Part shown: positions 53,490-64,000 of the stretch, piece by piece
Layout: each line of letters begins with the position of its first letter
How positions within the stretch are numbered: the first letter of the stretch is position 1
DNA from: Takakia lepidozioides
Taxonomy: Eukaryota; Plantae; Bryophyta
Length of the DNA stretch: 64,000 nt
Assembly (NCBI GenBank): GCA_030704615.1
Contig: CM060733.1
Span: 46,872,001 to 46,936,000 of the forward strand
Reading direction: 5' to 3'
Translations under genes and position numbers: made by a program
The notes under the pieces: generated by a model
What the model was told of the DNA's origin: nothing
The model's database searches: none
What the model saw: the letters and a program-made list of their open reading frames with translations, nothing else

Positions 53490-56075
53490 TCAAGAATGGC
53501 GTCCGGCCTGCCCACTGACGACAGCAGGAGTGCGCATTGGAAGTTGAGGCACAGATGTGTATGGAGCCAAACTCACTCCATTTGCAAGTGTTTGGCCACC
53601 ACCAGGGCGTCCCTTCAACTTGTTTTGGTGCCATGTTGAACCTACTTCTGCACGCCCTGGACCTGCCTGAGGAAGGCCATTAACTACCCCATTGTCATTG
53701 CAAAATGTGTCTGATCGCCCTTCAACAACATGGTTTCGCTCTTCAGGTACAAAACCAGAGACTAGTACACCCACCAACGACACATTTTCATTTGTATCGG
53801 GGTCTGGCCTTGCATCCTCGCCATTGGCAATGTCACCTTCCAAGACAGATTGTGCTTTCATGGATGTAGGACTGTCCATGCCTTCGATCTTGCTTGACCC
53901 AGCTTCTAATCTTGCTATAGAAATCGACATTTTATGAGGCAGGTCTCCGTCAATCACTTGAACTCCTCCATCATCCTTCAAAGCCCCTCCATCAGTCATC
54001 TGCACATCTTGCACTGGCGCGGAAAAATCCTCACACTGAGATAGATGTGTAGGATTTGTTCCATCCATCATTTCACAGGAGCTTCTTGCATTTTCTTTGT
54101 GCTCTTCAGCAATGAAAGCTGTCAAACCACCATACTCTGGTTGTTGTTCCCCAACTTCTATCCTCTCTGCACCCAGTTCAGAGCTAGTTGCATTTGCACC
54201 CCCATCCAAAGCCATCTCCGTGTCTGTAAGAACAGCTGCCTCGAGAATTTCCTGGATATAATCAGGCCTTCTGTAAGCATTGTCACCACTACTAGAGAGA
54301 GAATGTAATGCTGCCCCATCCAAACCCTGGCCCACTGCTTCCAAAATAGCATCAAATGCAATGTTTGTGGAATCATGAGCCAGGCAAGTCAAAGGCTCTT
54401 GTCTTGGAGAGGACATTGGGATTTCCTCCACAGACTCAGCTCTTGAAGCCCTCGGCGTGTCCTCAGTAGGGCTGGAAGAGAGTTGAGGACTGGACATCTC
54501 CACCGCAGCCGGCTGCTGGGCTTCACTTGCACTAATCTCCTCCACTGTCTTCTTCACCTCATGCCTTGAGATCCTGGAATCGAGACGTTTAGCTTCCTTG
54601 TGAGTCGCCGAGCGCGGCCTTGTCTGTTGCTGCTTTGGTTGTAGATAAGGAGGCTCACTGGTGGATGCCGATCCAGAGTGTTTCCATGCCCTAGCCGCAT
54701 CTGCACCACTGCTACTGACCCCGTTTGGGCTTGTTCCTGGTTTCACTGATGGTTTCCTGCGCATGGGATTGAGACTCCTTGAAATCCGAGGAGAGCTATT
54801 GATAGCTCGGTGCAGTTGGCGAGCCAATTCTTCATCATCTACAGATGATCTCCCTCGCAGTGGATGCTCTTCCTCTTTCTCATCCTTCACCTCGGATTTG
54901 CCAGATATCCTCTCTTTCTCAGGATCTGGATTTACCACAATCTCTAGCTTGGCAGCAGCTGACACCAATTTAGGTTCTGCAACTGCACCCTTCCTCCGAA
55001 GCTCTGCACGGGCCTGGGCCTCAGCCCTAGCTGCCAAAGCTGCAGCTTCCAATGCTGCCTTGGCTGCCTTAGCTGCTTTGACGGCGGCGGCAGCTTTGCT
55101 GGCCGCATTTGCCTTAGCCACTGTCGCAGCCTTTACAGCCAAGGACGCAGCAGATTTGGCAGCCGCCACTGCTTCGTGCGGTGATACTGGCAAGGAATGG
55201 GACACTTTTCTCATCGGCGAGGTGCCCCCCGTTTTAGTTCCACAGGTAGCTCCTCCTCCATCTAACCCCACCCTCTCCCTCTCTGCTTTGGCCATATCCC
55301 CATGATCACCATCGCCATGCTTGACGCGCTCCCGCATCATACGAGGCTTCTTGACAGAAGGACTGGAACACTCAGCTGCTGCAGACGATGCACAGGTGCC
55401 GGCTTCAACACTGCAATTCACTCCCACCCGCCCCGACCACGCTTTACTCTTACTCCCCGACGTCCCATTCAAGGGTTCCTTCTGCCTTCTACTCTGACCT
55501 ACGCAATCAGGGCACACGTAGCTCTCGGCATCAGGTTGTTGCATCCCCGTAGCATGCTTCACCTCGCACTCCACATGAACCGACCGTTTACAGCGGCAAC
55601 ACCCCAGCCAACTACCTACATCTTCCAGCAAGCTCCCCTCATCGTATATAACAAGACAGTGTGGACAAAACATGTTTTTCTCATAAAGTAGGGCACAAGA
55701 ATTGCACAGCCGCAGAAACTCGCCCCCTCGCTTCACCCGCCGCAACACGCTACCCTCTTGCCCATGACACCCCATGCACCCCTCCTCTGCAACTCTGTCA
55801 TCCGCCACTCCCTGGATTCCCCCCGCTTCACCCTCCCCTGTATTCTGCACAGCGAATGCAGGCGAGGGAGAGGGAGACAACACAGCCTGAGGAGGCGACG
55901 ACGACAGCCATCCATTCTGCTTCAGTCCAGCCAGCAATCTCTTCCGAGGAGGCAGCGAACCTCCTCCCATCATCGCTCTGGAACCAAACGCAGCCATTCC
56001 GTCTGGCCTGCAAGTCTCCCCTGAATCCCAGGACCCCGACCCCCCTCCTCCCTCCGCATCCCCCATCTCCCTCAC
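53490..56075 (-). CDS. Plant PHD-finger protein, intronless, 861 aa (copy 1)
   Basis: LPPRKRLLAGL motif; C-x2-C..C-x2-C followed by a C4HC3 PHD (CPHC..CCRC..HVEC..CPDC); Ala/Lys helical tract; DDEELARQLHRAINSSPRISR motif. Confidence 0.85.
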   Translation of the reverse strand: MREMGDAEGGGGSGSWDSGETCRPDGMAAFGSRAMMGGGSLPPRKRLLAGLKQNGWLSSSPPQAVLSPSPSPAFAVQNTGEGEAGGIQGVADDRVAEEGCMGCHGQEGSVLRRVKRGGEFLRLCNSCALLYEKNMFCPHCLVIYDEGSLLEDVGSWLGCCRCKRSVHVECEVKHATGMQQPDAESYVCPDCVGQSRRQKEPLNGTSGSKSKAWSGRVGVNCSVEAGTCASSAAAECSSPSVKKPRMMRERVKHGDGDHGDMAKAERERVGLDGGGATCGTKTGGTSPMRKVSHSLPVSPHEAVAAAKSAASLAVKAATVAKANAASKAAAAVKAAKAAKAALEAAALAARAEAQARAELRRKGAVAEPKLVSAAAKLEIVVNPDPEKERISGKSEVKDEKEEEHPLRGRSSVDDEELARQLHRAINSSPRISRSLNPMRRKPSVKPGTSPNGVSSSGADAARAWKHSGSASTSEPPYLQPKQQQTRPRSATHKEAKRLDSRISRHEVKKTVEEISASEAQQPAAVEMSSPQLSSSPTEDTPRASRAESVEEIPMSSPRQEPLTCLAHDSTNIAFDAILEAVGQGLDGAALHSLSSSGDNAYRRPDYIQEILEAAVLTDTEMALDGGANATSSELGAERIEVGEQQPEYGGLTAFIAEEHKENARSSCEMMDGTNPTHLSQCEDFSAPVQDVQMTDGGALKDDGGVQVIDGDLPHKMSISIARLEAGSSKIEGMDSPTSMKAQSVLEGDIANGEDARPDPDTNENVSLVGVLVSGFVPEERNHVVEGRSDTFCNDNGVVNGLPQAGPGRAEVGSTWHQNKLKGRPGGGQTLANGVSLAPYTSVPQLPMRTPAVVSGQAGRHS

Positions 56076-58185
56076 CTCCTCCTCACTTCATTCACACCAT
56101 CGCTCCATCGCCATCTCTCTCGCTCGCTCCATCTCCCGCACACCTCCTCACAAGAACTGCAAGCCCCTCTCTGCGCACCACCCGTGCAGTCCACCTACCT
56201 GGCCCACATCCCCCCATTCATCCTCCATTCATCTGTGCCACGTAGTCTACAGTCATTCGTCGAGACCCATTTGCATCCCCGATACCAAGCTGAAAGCGAA
56301 TGACAGGGTGCCACTTCGGACGAGAATCTGCCACATCTGCAACATCTCGGCCGCCGATGTATTCCGATCTGACAGATTTCCACTACCGTGTAGTATGAGA
56401 CATCTCGCGGCTGAAAATAAGTGAGATTTTTATCGCGGTGTTTTGATTGGGGGATGAGCCGTTCCTTATCTAGAGACTGGAAAATACAACCCGAAAGGGT
56501 GAGGCTTAAGCTGGGTCCACCACGTGGCGGAGAATATCCTACCTGAGAGTCCGTTTGTTTATCTGCTGGGTTGTGAGTTAGCGTCATCCATCCAGGGGGC
56601 GTGTCCATCTTGTTAGGGGATGAATGTTGTGCGGAGTGATCATCCGTGGGTGGTGGTCATCCACAGCGGGCGGGGTTCACGTGAAGTCGTGGAGCTTGCG
56701 ATGGGGGAGGTTGGAGTTGTGGGACTTGGCAAAGCTGCAGTGAAGGATGGGATGGGGTGCGAGACGACGGTGGGGGCGTTGGAATGGTCCAATTAACCCT
56801 CAGATTCCTGAGGGTAATGGATGCACTGCAATGCTTGGCTCCAAGATTGTGTCACGTGCTTTATATGAAAGAGTGGAACTGATGATTGACCCCTCATTGC
56901 ATAGATTTGCGAAACAGTGAATGAACACGGATTATGGAGTACTTTTGCCATAAGTGGAGATGCAGTTTGCGCTTGAGGGCGTGAATGCGTGGGATTTTGT
57001 TTGATGGAGTTTGAGAGCGGGTCGGGGGGTGGAGTAGCGGGTTGGGAGGGGTTCTTGGGGATCTTGGAGGTGCTAGCGCGAGCTGGATGGAAGGGGGAGT
57101 CTGTTTCTGATGGATTTCCCAGCAGCTTCTCCGTCGGTACGTTCTCAACGCAGGGTCATGGGGAAGTTGGCAAGGACGGGTTGTGACGTACTTTTTAATT
57201 TTTTTTATGGTTATGCTCATATCCTGATGAACAGTGTTTGCGTCTATAGCCTGAATGCATGGGACGTGATGGTAAATCATGTAACGTTTTCTCGACATTA
57301 GTAGCTACTTTCCCCGTCGCCCCTCGCCCCGCCCCTCCCTCTCTCCTTTTGTCAGATAGGAGATGAATGGGTAGTTTATTCAAGAATTAAATTATAATGT
57401 CCTCCTCTGCTTTTCAGTTACCCTGTTGTTTCTTCCAGGAAGGTGGCAAGTAACCCATAATCTTGCTCTGAGAGAAAACAGGGTGGGCTGCAATTGTTCT
57501 CCTTCAAAAAGTAGATCAGGGTGAGTATCAGGCTGCTGTGTACTATTTTTTATTTGAATATTCTGGACAAGGGAAAAAACAGCGAGAGGATCGCTGCAAG
57601 TTGCAACATTTGGAAGATGTGACCTGATGTGAAAGTCAGGAAATGCTATAGTTCCTCATAATTCTGGAAATTTTCTTTAAGTGGCTCCTTGGCCACCATC
57701 AGTGGGTCCAAAGGGGATCTGTAAGAGAGCATGTAACAAGGCCGTTTTGAAAAGTTACATGTTTCACAGAGACTACATAGGATTTACTTGATCCCACAAA
57801 AAAGCTGTGATGCCTTTGAAAAACCCACGAAATCTTTACTGCCTTTGGAAGACCCTGTTGAAGATAGGTAGAGAATTATTACAAGCACAACGGAATGGAA
57901 ATGTTATGGAATCTTAACTGTTTATTCTGTGGTGTCTGTGCATTCCTAGTTGTCAGAGCAAGAAACAAGTTGCTGGATGAAAAGCACGTGTTTTTCCCTC
58001 TAAAGGAAAGTATGGTGCATTTATACCATTACTTGTCAAAGACTCTGTTCGATTGGTGATTGGATGCGGAGTACCCTAGTTGGTTAGGCTGCCCATCTAG
58101 CCTACCAAGGACTTGAGTAAACAGAGTCAAAATACTCGTGGAGCAAATCTCTTCATTGGGCAAAAGATGTGGATGCCATGGGAAG

Positions 58186-60186
58186 ATGGTTCAAGGTAGT
58201 GCAATGAGCAAAGAGGCAGAGGCAAGGAGCTTGAGAGCACAGCTCAAGGAGACTCATGAGCTATGGCAGCAAGACGTGGCCAAAAGCCAAGAGCTGGAGA
58301 TGGAGGTGTCAGAGCTTCGAGCATCTGCATTGGAAAGGTAATAGCAGCCACATGAACTTGTGATGGTTGGTCCTTGAGTGTGACTTTGTTCAGAATTGAA
58401 GGAAACCAGCACTGGGTTGGGTTGATCCTACAGTAACTCGGTCATCCCAGTAGTGTCACTAACCTTGTGGTATTGCATTACTACCTTCTTCAAATATCTT
58501 AACTTGCAGTTGGCATCTTCAGTGTCCAGCCTGAGATGCAGTACTTCTCTCATACTTGCTCATGGACTTGAGCTTCTTTAGATAATAACTTCACAACCTA
58601 TATTTCTTTCGTTTAAATGGAGTTATGTTAAATAAGCAGGTTGTCAACTTGCATGTTTGATTGCTGATTATATTGACTGGGAGTGGGAAAAGCAATATCG
58701 AACTTCTCACCAAGAGAGTGAAGACTGCGGACATGCTACTAGAACACCCAAGTGCAAAGGCCAAAAGCATGGTAATCCCACACCATGCCCACACACTCTG
58801 TGGCATAAAGCACCAGAATGGCATGGGGCTGGTTGATAGAAAGGGCGTGGCTATGGCTGAGTGTGGTATCCATACCAGTCACCAAGTGTTAAAGGCTGCA
58901 GCTCCTGGAGCCGAAATCACTGAACGCCTTTTTGTCTCAGGGCTGGATGAAGACCTTCTGAGCAAATCTAACAGGGAAGATGGAGAGTATGTGGGGTGCA
59001 TAGCTGTAGCAGTGATACAGATCACAGAGGTGATGGAGGTTCTGCTAAAACGTGCCATTGTTGCTGAGTCACAGATGGATTTGGAGCGGGAGAAGTCCCG
59101 TGTCAGCGATGAGGAGGTAGGCGATGCTGGCTTCCCTCTGTCTTCGAGCATAATAAGACTCTTGCTAAAACTGTCAGTGACCCTTTGGATGGGACTCTCT
59201 AACTTGTTTTTCCCAGAAAATGTAAAGGCTGTTTATAAATAAAATGTGGATCAGCTATTTCTGGTGATTCCCGAGCAAAGCATTGAAAGGTTGCTGTTTT
59301 GTACCTTGTGTAAGAATTCGGATGAAGTAAGAACCGGGTTGGTAAATACTGGCAGGTACAGAGAAAGTGGCAGCAGGTAGCCAGACTGTGGACACGCGTG
59401 GAGCAGATGAAGAGAGTGGCAGTGGGCACTACTGGTGTGCTGAAGAAGATGCAGGAGAAGCTGGAGGCTATGGAGGATGAGACATCAAAGCAACGGGAGA
59501 GGGCCATGCAAAACGAGCAAGAGCTCTCACGTGTGTAGACTTTGGTGTGCTGCGGTCTAGTGTGGACAATCTCGTCAAAGCTTGTGAGACCATTCACTCC
59601 ATGGAAAGGCGGATGCAGGACATTGAGACTATGGCAGACAGGTGACTTATCTTACAAACTCTCTGGCTCCTTACTATTTCCTGTTTCTAAAGATGAGTGT
59701 GCTTTTGGGTGAGTCTTTCTTCGGGACCTGGACTACTGATACCTTTGTTTAATATGTTTCTATGCAAGTTTGAACTAAAACTTCCATGGCATGAAACCAC
59801 CTCCATTAAGATCCTAGCAACCGTGTTGCTCGAGGCCCATGGAGTTTCACTCTGCCATCACAGACCCACCTGTTTGAGGTGGACCTTTACTGGCAAAGTT
59901 GTACCACCATATTTCCTATATTGAGTACTGTGAGCGGTGTGAACCTTTCTTTGAAAGCTGTCCTAATTACAGCTTCTTTGTCGATGTGCTAAACAGGTTG
60001 ACTATTCAGGTGCTTAGCTTAGAGTCTAGCAAGCGACAGCGCGAGGCAGAGATAGGGACACTGCTGGGAGAGAATGACAAACTAAGAGGTGCCCTTGACT
60101 TGAAAGAAGCTGAATTGGCAGCCATTGGTGACCAGGTCCGGATATTGGTTGAGCAAGCAGACCACCAGCACGGGTTTCATCATTAA
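58186..60186 (+). pseudogene. Plant coiled-coil ('myosin heavy chain-related'-type) gene, frameshifted; exons about 58186-58338, about 58684-59116, 59356-59641, 59997-60186
   Basis: RVKTA..KAKSMVIPHHAHTLCGIK..GLVDRKG; EDGEYVG..EVMEVLLKRAIVAES; ETSKQRERAMQNEQELSRV then an in-frame TAG (59536-59538). Homology continues in another frame (DFGVLRSSVDNL..) that splices in phase to the last exon. Confidence 0.65.
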
Positions 60187-61261
60187 AATTTATACAATTA
60201 TGTTGACAGGTTATTTGGGTGTGTTGCAATCCTGGGTTGATTTCGACAGTCGCAGAACCACTTATAGAACATAAAGATGCTGGAATATAGAACATCTCCA
60301 CAAGGAAAGGTTAGGAAGGAGTCTACAGTGTTGAACTGAGATTCTACTGAGATTCTAGTGACTAGTGTGGTAATCATGTCACTGGATTATGCATATCCCG
60401 CCGCAGACTACCATTAGGGTACTCTGGCATCATGAATCCCATGTCAAGGTGCATTGGAGTGGTGATTAACCAATTCCAATATTTGTATCAGTAATCGTCT
60501 CTAAACCAGTGAAATTGAGGGCCTTCGTTGATAACCAAAATGACTTCTGGGGCCAGTAGTGGTACAGCACCACTGGAGCACAGGTGACCTTGGGTCAATT
60601 ATACAGGATTTACCCCGTCAACCGGAAACTCTATAGATCTTTTGTTGAGATCAGCATGTACACTTCAAAGAGAAATAGCCTCTTTGCAGAGCTGTACCAA
60701 GAAAATTGCTCGCAATCTCCAGGCAAGTAAATGCAAGTGTCACATACTCCCCATCATTTTCCAGTGTTGGACCAATGTGCACAAGGCCCACATCAGAAAT
60801 GGAGAGAGAATGCAGATATAAAATTCCCTGCCCATAAGAGTCTGTAATTGGAAATGAGGCACAACATCTGTCTGTTGTGCCCAATGTCCTTGCACCCTGC
60901 ACACCTACGGAGGAATTAATTACCAAACAGTTGCCACGCATACTATTCCTAGACTGTTAAACTGTCAAGTCCTTCACAGCCAAAATCCCCAAGAAGAGAA
61001 GGGATAACAGGTTCCACTGGTCGTCAACATCACTGCAAGGGTATATTTGCTGCAAAACACTCAGCTCAACCCTCATAAGCACATCTACCTACTAAAACCA
61101 TCCACTCTGGAGATGAGGACACAGCATAGCCTTCAAAAGAGAGCAAATCCCCATAGGAGTCGATATATGGCAGAGGCCCTACAATAGACACTTCAAAAAG
61201 GGCCTCCCTGTGAAAAGCACGGAGGGGCCCCAAGGTTTGTTACAAATGATAACTTTGTGCG

Positions 61262-62372
61262 TACACACCATTTCACATTCTTAAGTTGGAGAGCGGTAAT
61301 ATTCCAGTCCATATAGCACAGCGAATTGAATGAAACTGAAGTGACTTGTCCTGTTGTGTTCGTGTCAGACACCATGATACACTGGTTATTTACAGCTCAG
61401 AGCTAGCTAGTGCTCTTGCTCTCTCCACCTGCCTTTGCCCATCCTCCATCCACAGCCTCCATGTATATTTATATCCATCTAGAACCCTTATCTCCCCCTG
61501 CCCCGCACCAGCACCTGGAACCATTTGAACCTATTGCTACACAGTTTGCATACACAAGAATTAATCTGGAGTACAACTACACCCTACCAAAAATGCTGAG
61601 AGTTTAAAAACCAAAGTCTAGAATGATGATGTCTCTTCAGTGTGAGGAAGAGCTCACAGCTTGGTAAGCTTGTCAGTGCTTTTGCATGGTGAAATTGGCT
61701 TACCACATCACCACATTTCCAGAGCACTCCCGGTACTTCAGGCGCTTCCTTGGTCCTCTATCTTTGGCAACCTAAGAACACCACACCATCAGCCATGCTA
61801 CACAGCAGCAATGCTCTGATGAGGAAGACTAACTGGAGTAAAGGTGCAACATGCTGTCATCCCAAAGTTTCCAAACCTAATCATATCATTTGCCAAAGGA
61901 TCCGTCTTAGTGCCTACCTATTCCCTTTAAGAGAAACAAAAATCGGTAAAAAGTAGCAGAAATACTCTAAAACCAAGATGCTCAAATTCTTTCCACTGCA
62001 CAATGCCATCAGCTCCAATAACCAAGGCAGGATGTAGCTGGAACCCTAATATATTCTTGGACTCTCAAAACCCTAGGACTAACCGTACATATCACAATTC
62101 AATTGCTAGACACTGAAAATTGAGCCTGAAAACTACACATTACTACTTTGGCTCTCAGAGACACTGGAAAAGCCTCAGCAACCTAAGCGAGTTCTACACC
62201 TGGAAGTGACTACTTTTCTAATGTAGACCTTTGCGAACATAACTGCAAAATTGGTCAACTTCATATTGACAGGGCATGCCACTCAAACAGCATCTCAAAA
62301 TCATGCATTTCAGGGTTAGGGTTGAGAGTTTCGCTTTTAGGGTTAGAAAGTCATCTCACATGAATGTAGGAA
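61262..62372. repeat. Duplicated 3' flank of PHD gene copy 2
   Basis: Colinear similarity with 52325-53489. Confidence 0.9.
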
Positions 62373-64000
62373 TCAAGAATGGCGTCCAGCCTGCCCACTC
62401 ACAAAAGCAGGAGTGCGCATTGGAAGCTGGGCCGCAGATGCATATGGAACCAAACCCACTCCACTTGCAAAAGTTTGGCCACCACCAGGGCGCCCCTTCA
62501 ACTTGCTTTGCTGCCATGTTGAACCTGCTTCTCCATGCCCTGGACCTGCCTGGGGCAGGCCATTAAGTAACCCATTGTCATTGCAAAAAGTGGCTGGTTT
62601 CCCTTCGACAACTTGCGTGTTCTTGTTAGGTACAAAACCAGAGGCTAGTCCACCCACCAAGGACACATCCTTACTTGTATCAGGGCCTGGCCTTGCATTC
62701 CCACCATTGACAAGCTCAACCTCCAAGCCAGATTGTGCTTGTATAGAGAGAGGAGCATGCATGCCCCCAGTCTTGCTCAACCCAGCTTCTAGTCTGTCTA
62801 CAGATGTCGACACTCTGTGAGGCAAGTCTACATCCATCACTTCAACTCCTCCATCGGCCTTCAATGCTGCTCCATCAATCATCTGTGCATCTTGAACTGT
62901 CGCGGATAAATCCTCTGATTGACATAGATGCATGGAATATTCTCCCTCCATCATTTCACAGCGAATTCTGGCATCTTCGTCGTGCTCTTCTGCAAGGAAA
63001 GCTGTCAAAATACCGTGTTGTTGTTCCCCGACTTCTATCCTCTCTGCACCTAGTTCACTGCTCCTTACATCTTCATCTCCATCCAAAGGCATCACTGTGT
63101 CACTAAGAACAGCAGACTCAAGAATTTCCTGGATATAATCAGGCCTTTTGTTAGGATTGTCGCCACTGCTAGAGATTAGATGTAATGCTGCCCCATCCAA
63201 ACCCTGGTCCTCTGCTTCCAACATAGCATCAAATGGAATGTTTGTGGGATCATGCGGCAGGCAAGTTAAAGGCTCTAGTCTTGGAGAGGACAATGCAACT
63301 GCCTCCACAGATTCAGCTCTTAAAGCCCTAGTTGTGTCCTCAGTAGGGCTGTAAGAAAGTTGAGGAATGGACATCTCCAATGGCTGCTGAGCTCCACTTG
63401 CATCCTCTTCTGTCTTTTTTCCTTCATGCCTCGAAACTCTGGAGTCAAATCGTTTAGCTTCCTTGTGAGTCACTGAGCGCGGTCTTGTCTGTTGCTGCTT
63501 TGGTTGTAGGTGGGGAACATCACTTGGGGAGGCCAAGCCGGTGGACGGCCATGCCCTAGATGCATCCGCACCACTGTTGCTAACCCCGCTTGCTGCCAGC
63601 CCTGGTTTTACTGATGGTTTTCTGCGCATTGGAGTGAAGCTGCGAGTAATCCGCGGAGAACTATTTATAACTCGGTGCAGCTGCCGAGCCAATTGTTCAT
63701 CATCTATAGAAGATGCCCCCTGCCTCAACTGACCTTCATCTTTCTCCACCTTCACCTCCGACTTGCCAGACATCCTCTCTTTGTCGGACTCTGGGTTTAT
63801 AGCAATCTCTAGCTTAGAAGCAGGTATGGCCAATTTAGATTCTGCACTTGCAGCCTTCCTTCGAAGTTCTGCACGGGCCTGCTCCTCAGCCCTAGCTGCA
63901 AGAGAAGCAGCTTCCAGTGCTGCCTTGGCCGCTCTAGCAGCTTTCACTGCAGCAGCAGCTTTGGTGGCCGCATTGGCTTTTGCCATTGCCGCAGCTTTGA
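62373..64000 (-). CDS. Plant PHD-finger protein paralog (copy 2), 5' part outside window
   Basis: Open frame colinear with copy 1 from the Ala-rich tract to the identical C-terminus VSGQAGRHS. Confidence 0.88.
   Translation of the reverse strand, partial: KAAAMAKANAATKAAAAVKAARAAKAALEAASLAARAEEQARAELRRKAASAESKLAIPASKLEIAINPESDKERMSGKSEVKVEKDEGQLRQGASSIDDEQLARQLHRVINSSPRITRSFTPMRRKPSVKPGLAASGVSNSGADASRAWPSTGLASPSDVPHLQPKQQQTRPRSVTHKEAKRFDSRVSRHEGKKTEEDASGAQQPLEMSIPQLSYSPTEDTTRALRAESVEAVALSSPRLEPLTCLPHDPTNIPFDAMLEAEDQGLDGAALHLISSSGDNPNKRPDYIQEILESAVLSDTVMPLDGDEDVRSSELGAERIEVGEQQHGILTAFLAEEHDEDARIRCEMMEGEYSMHLCQSEDLSATVQDAQMIDGAALKADGGVEVMDVDLPHRVSTSVDRLEAGLSKTGGMHAPLSIQAQSGLEVELVNGGNARPGPDTSKDVSLVGGLASGFVPNKNTQVVEGKPATFCNDNGLLNGLPQAGPGHGEAGSTWQQSKLKGRPGGGQTFASGVGLVPYASAAQLPMRTPAFVSGQAGRHS

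Overview
This is eukaryotic, gene-dense nuclear DNA from a land plant. A bryophyte or other non-seed plant is likely (inference from protein sequences and intron patterns). Genes that can be reconstructed: a cytosolic alkaline/neutral invertase (GH100, minus strand, runs off the left edge), a DUF616 (TOD1/MUCI70-like) gene, NUP35, an intronless SCAR/WAVE, a 4-exon PAL, a 14-exon phytoene desaturase with one GC-AG intron, and two tandem-duplicated intronless PHD-finger genes (the second runs off the right edge). There is also a frameshifted coiled-coil gene and an orphan ORF with H-x-P-S-C repeats. The most interesting signal is in the retroelements. (i) Relics of a non-LTR retrotransposon with a restriction-like endonuclease (CCHC, RHN and PD..E..K/KY motifs) and RandI/Dualen-like RT motifs; two copies are bounded by clean target-site duplications (TSDs). 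(ii) A tRNA-derived SINE family (3 copies, each with a TSD) whose 3' terminal hairpin has the same 23-nt geometry as that LINE's 3' hairpin, with compensatory base changes. This suggests an undescribed SINE/REL-LINE partnership. (iii) A separate APE-type LINE family repeatedly inserted at (GA)n tracts inside introns. All family assignments come from motif recognition by eye and need database or phylogenetic confirmation.
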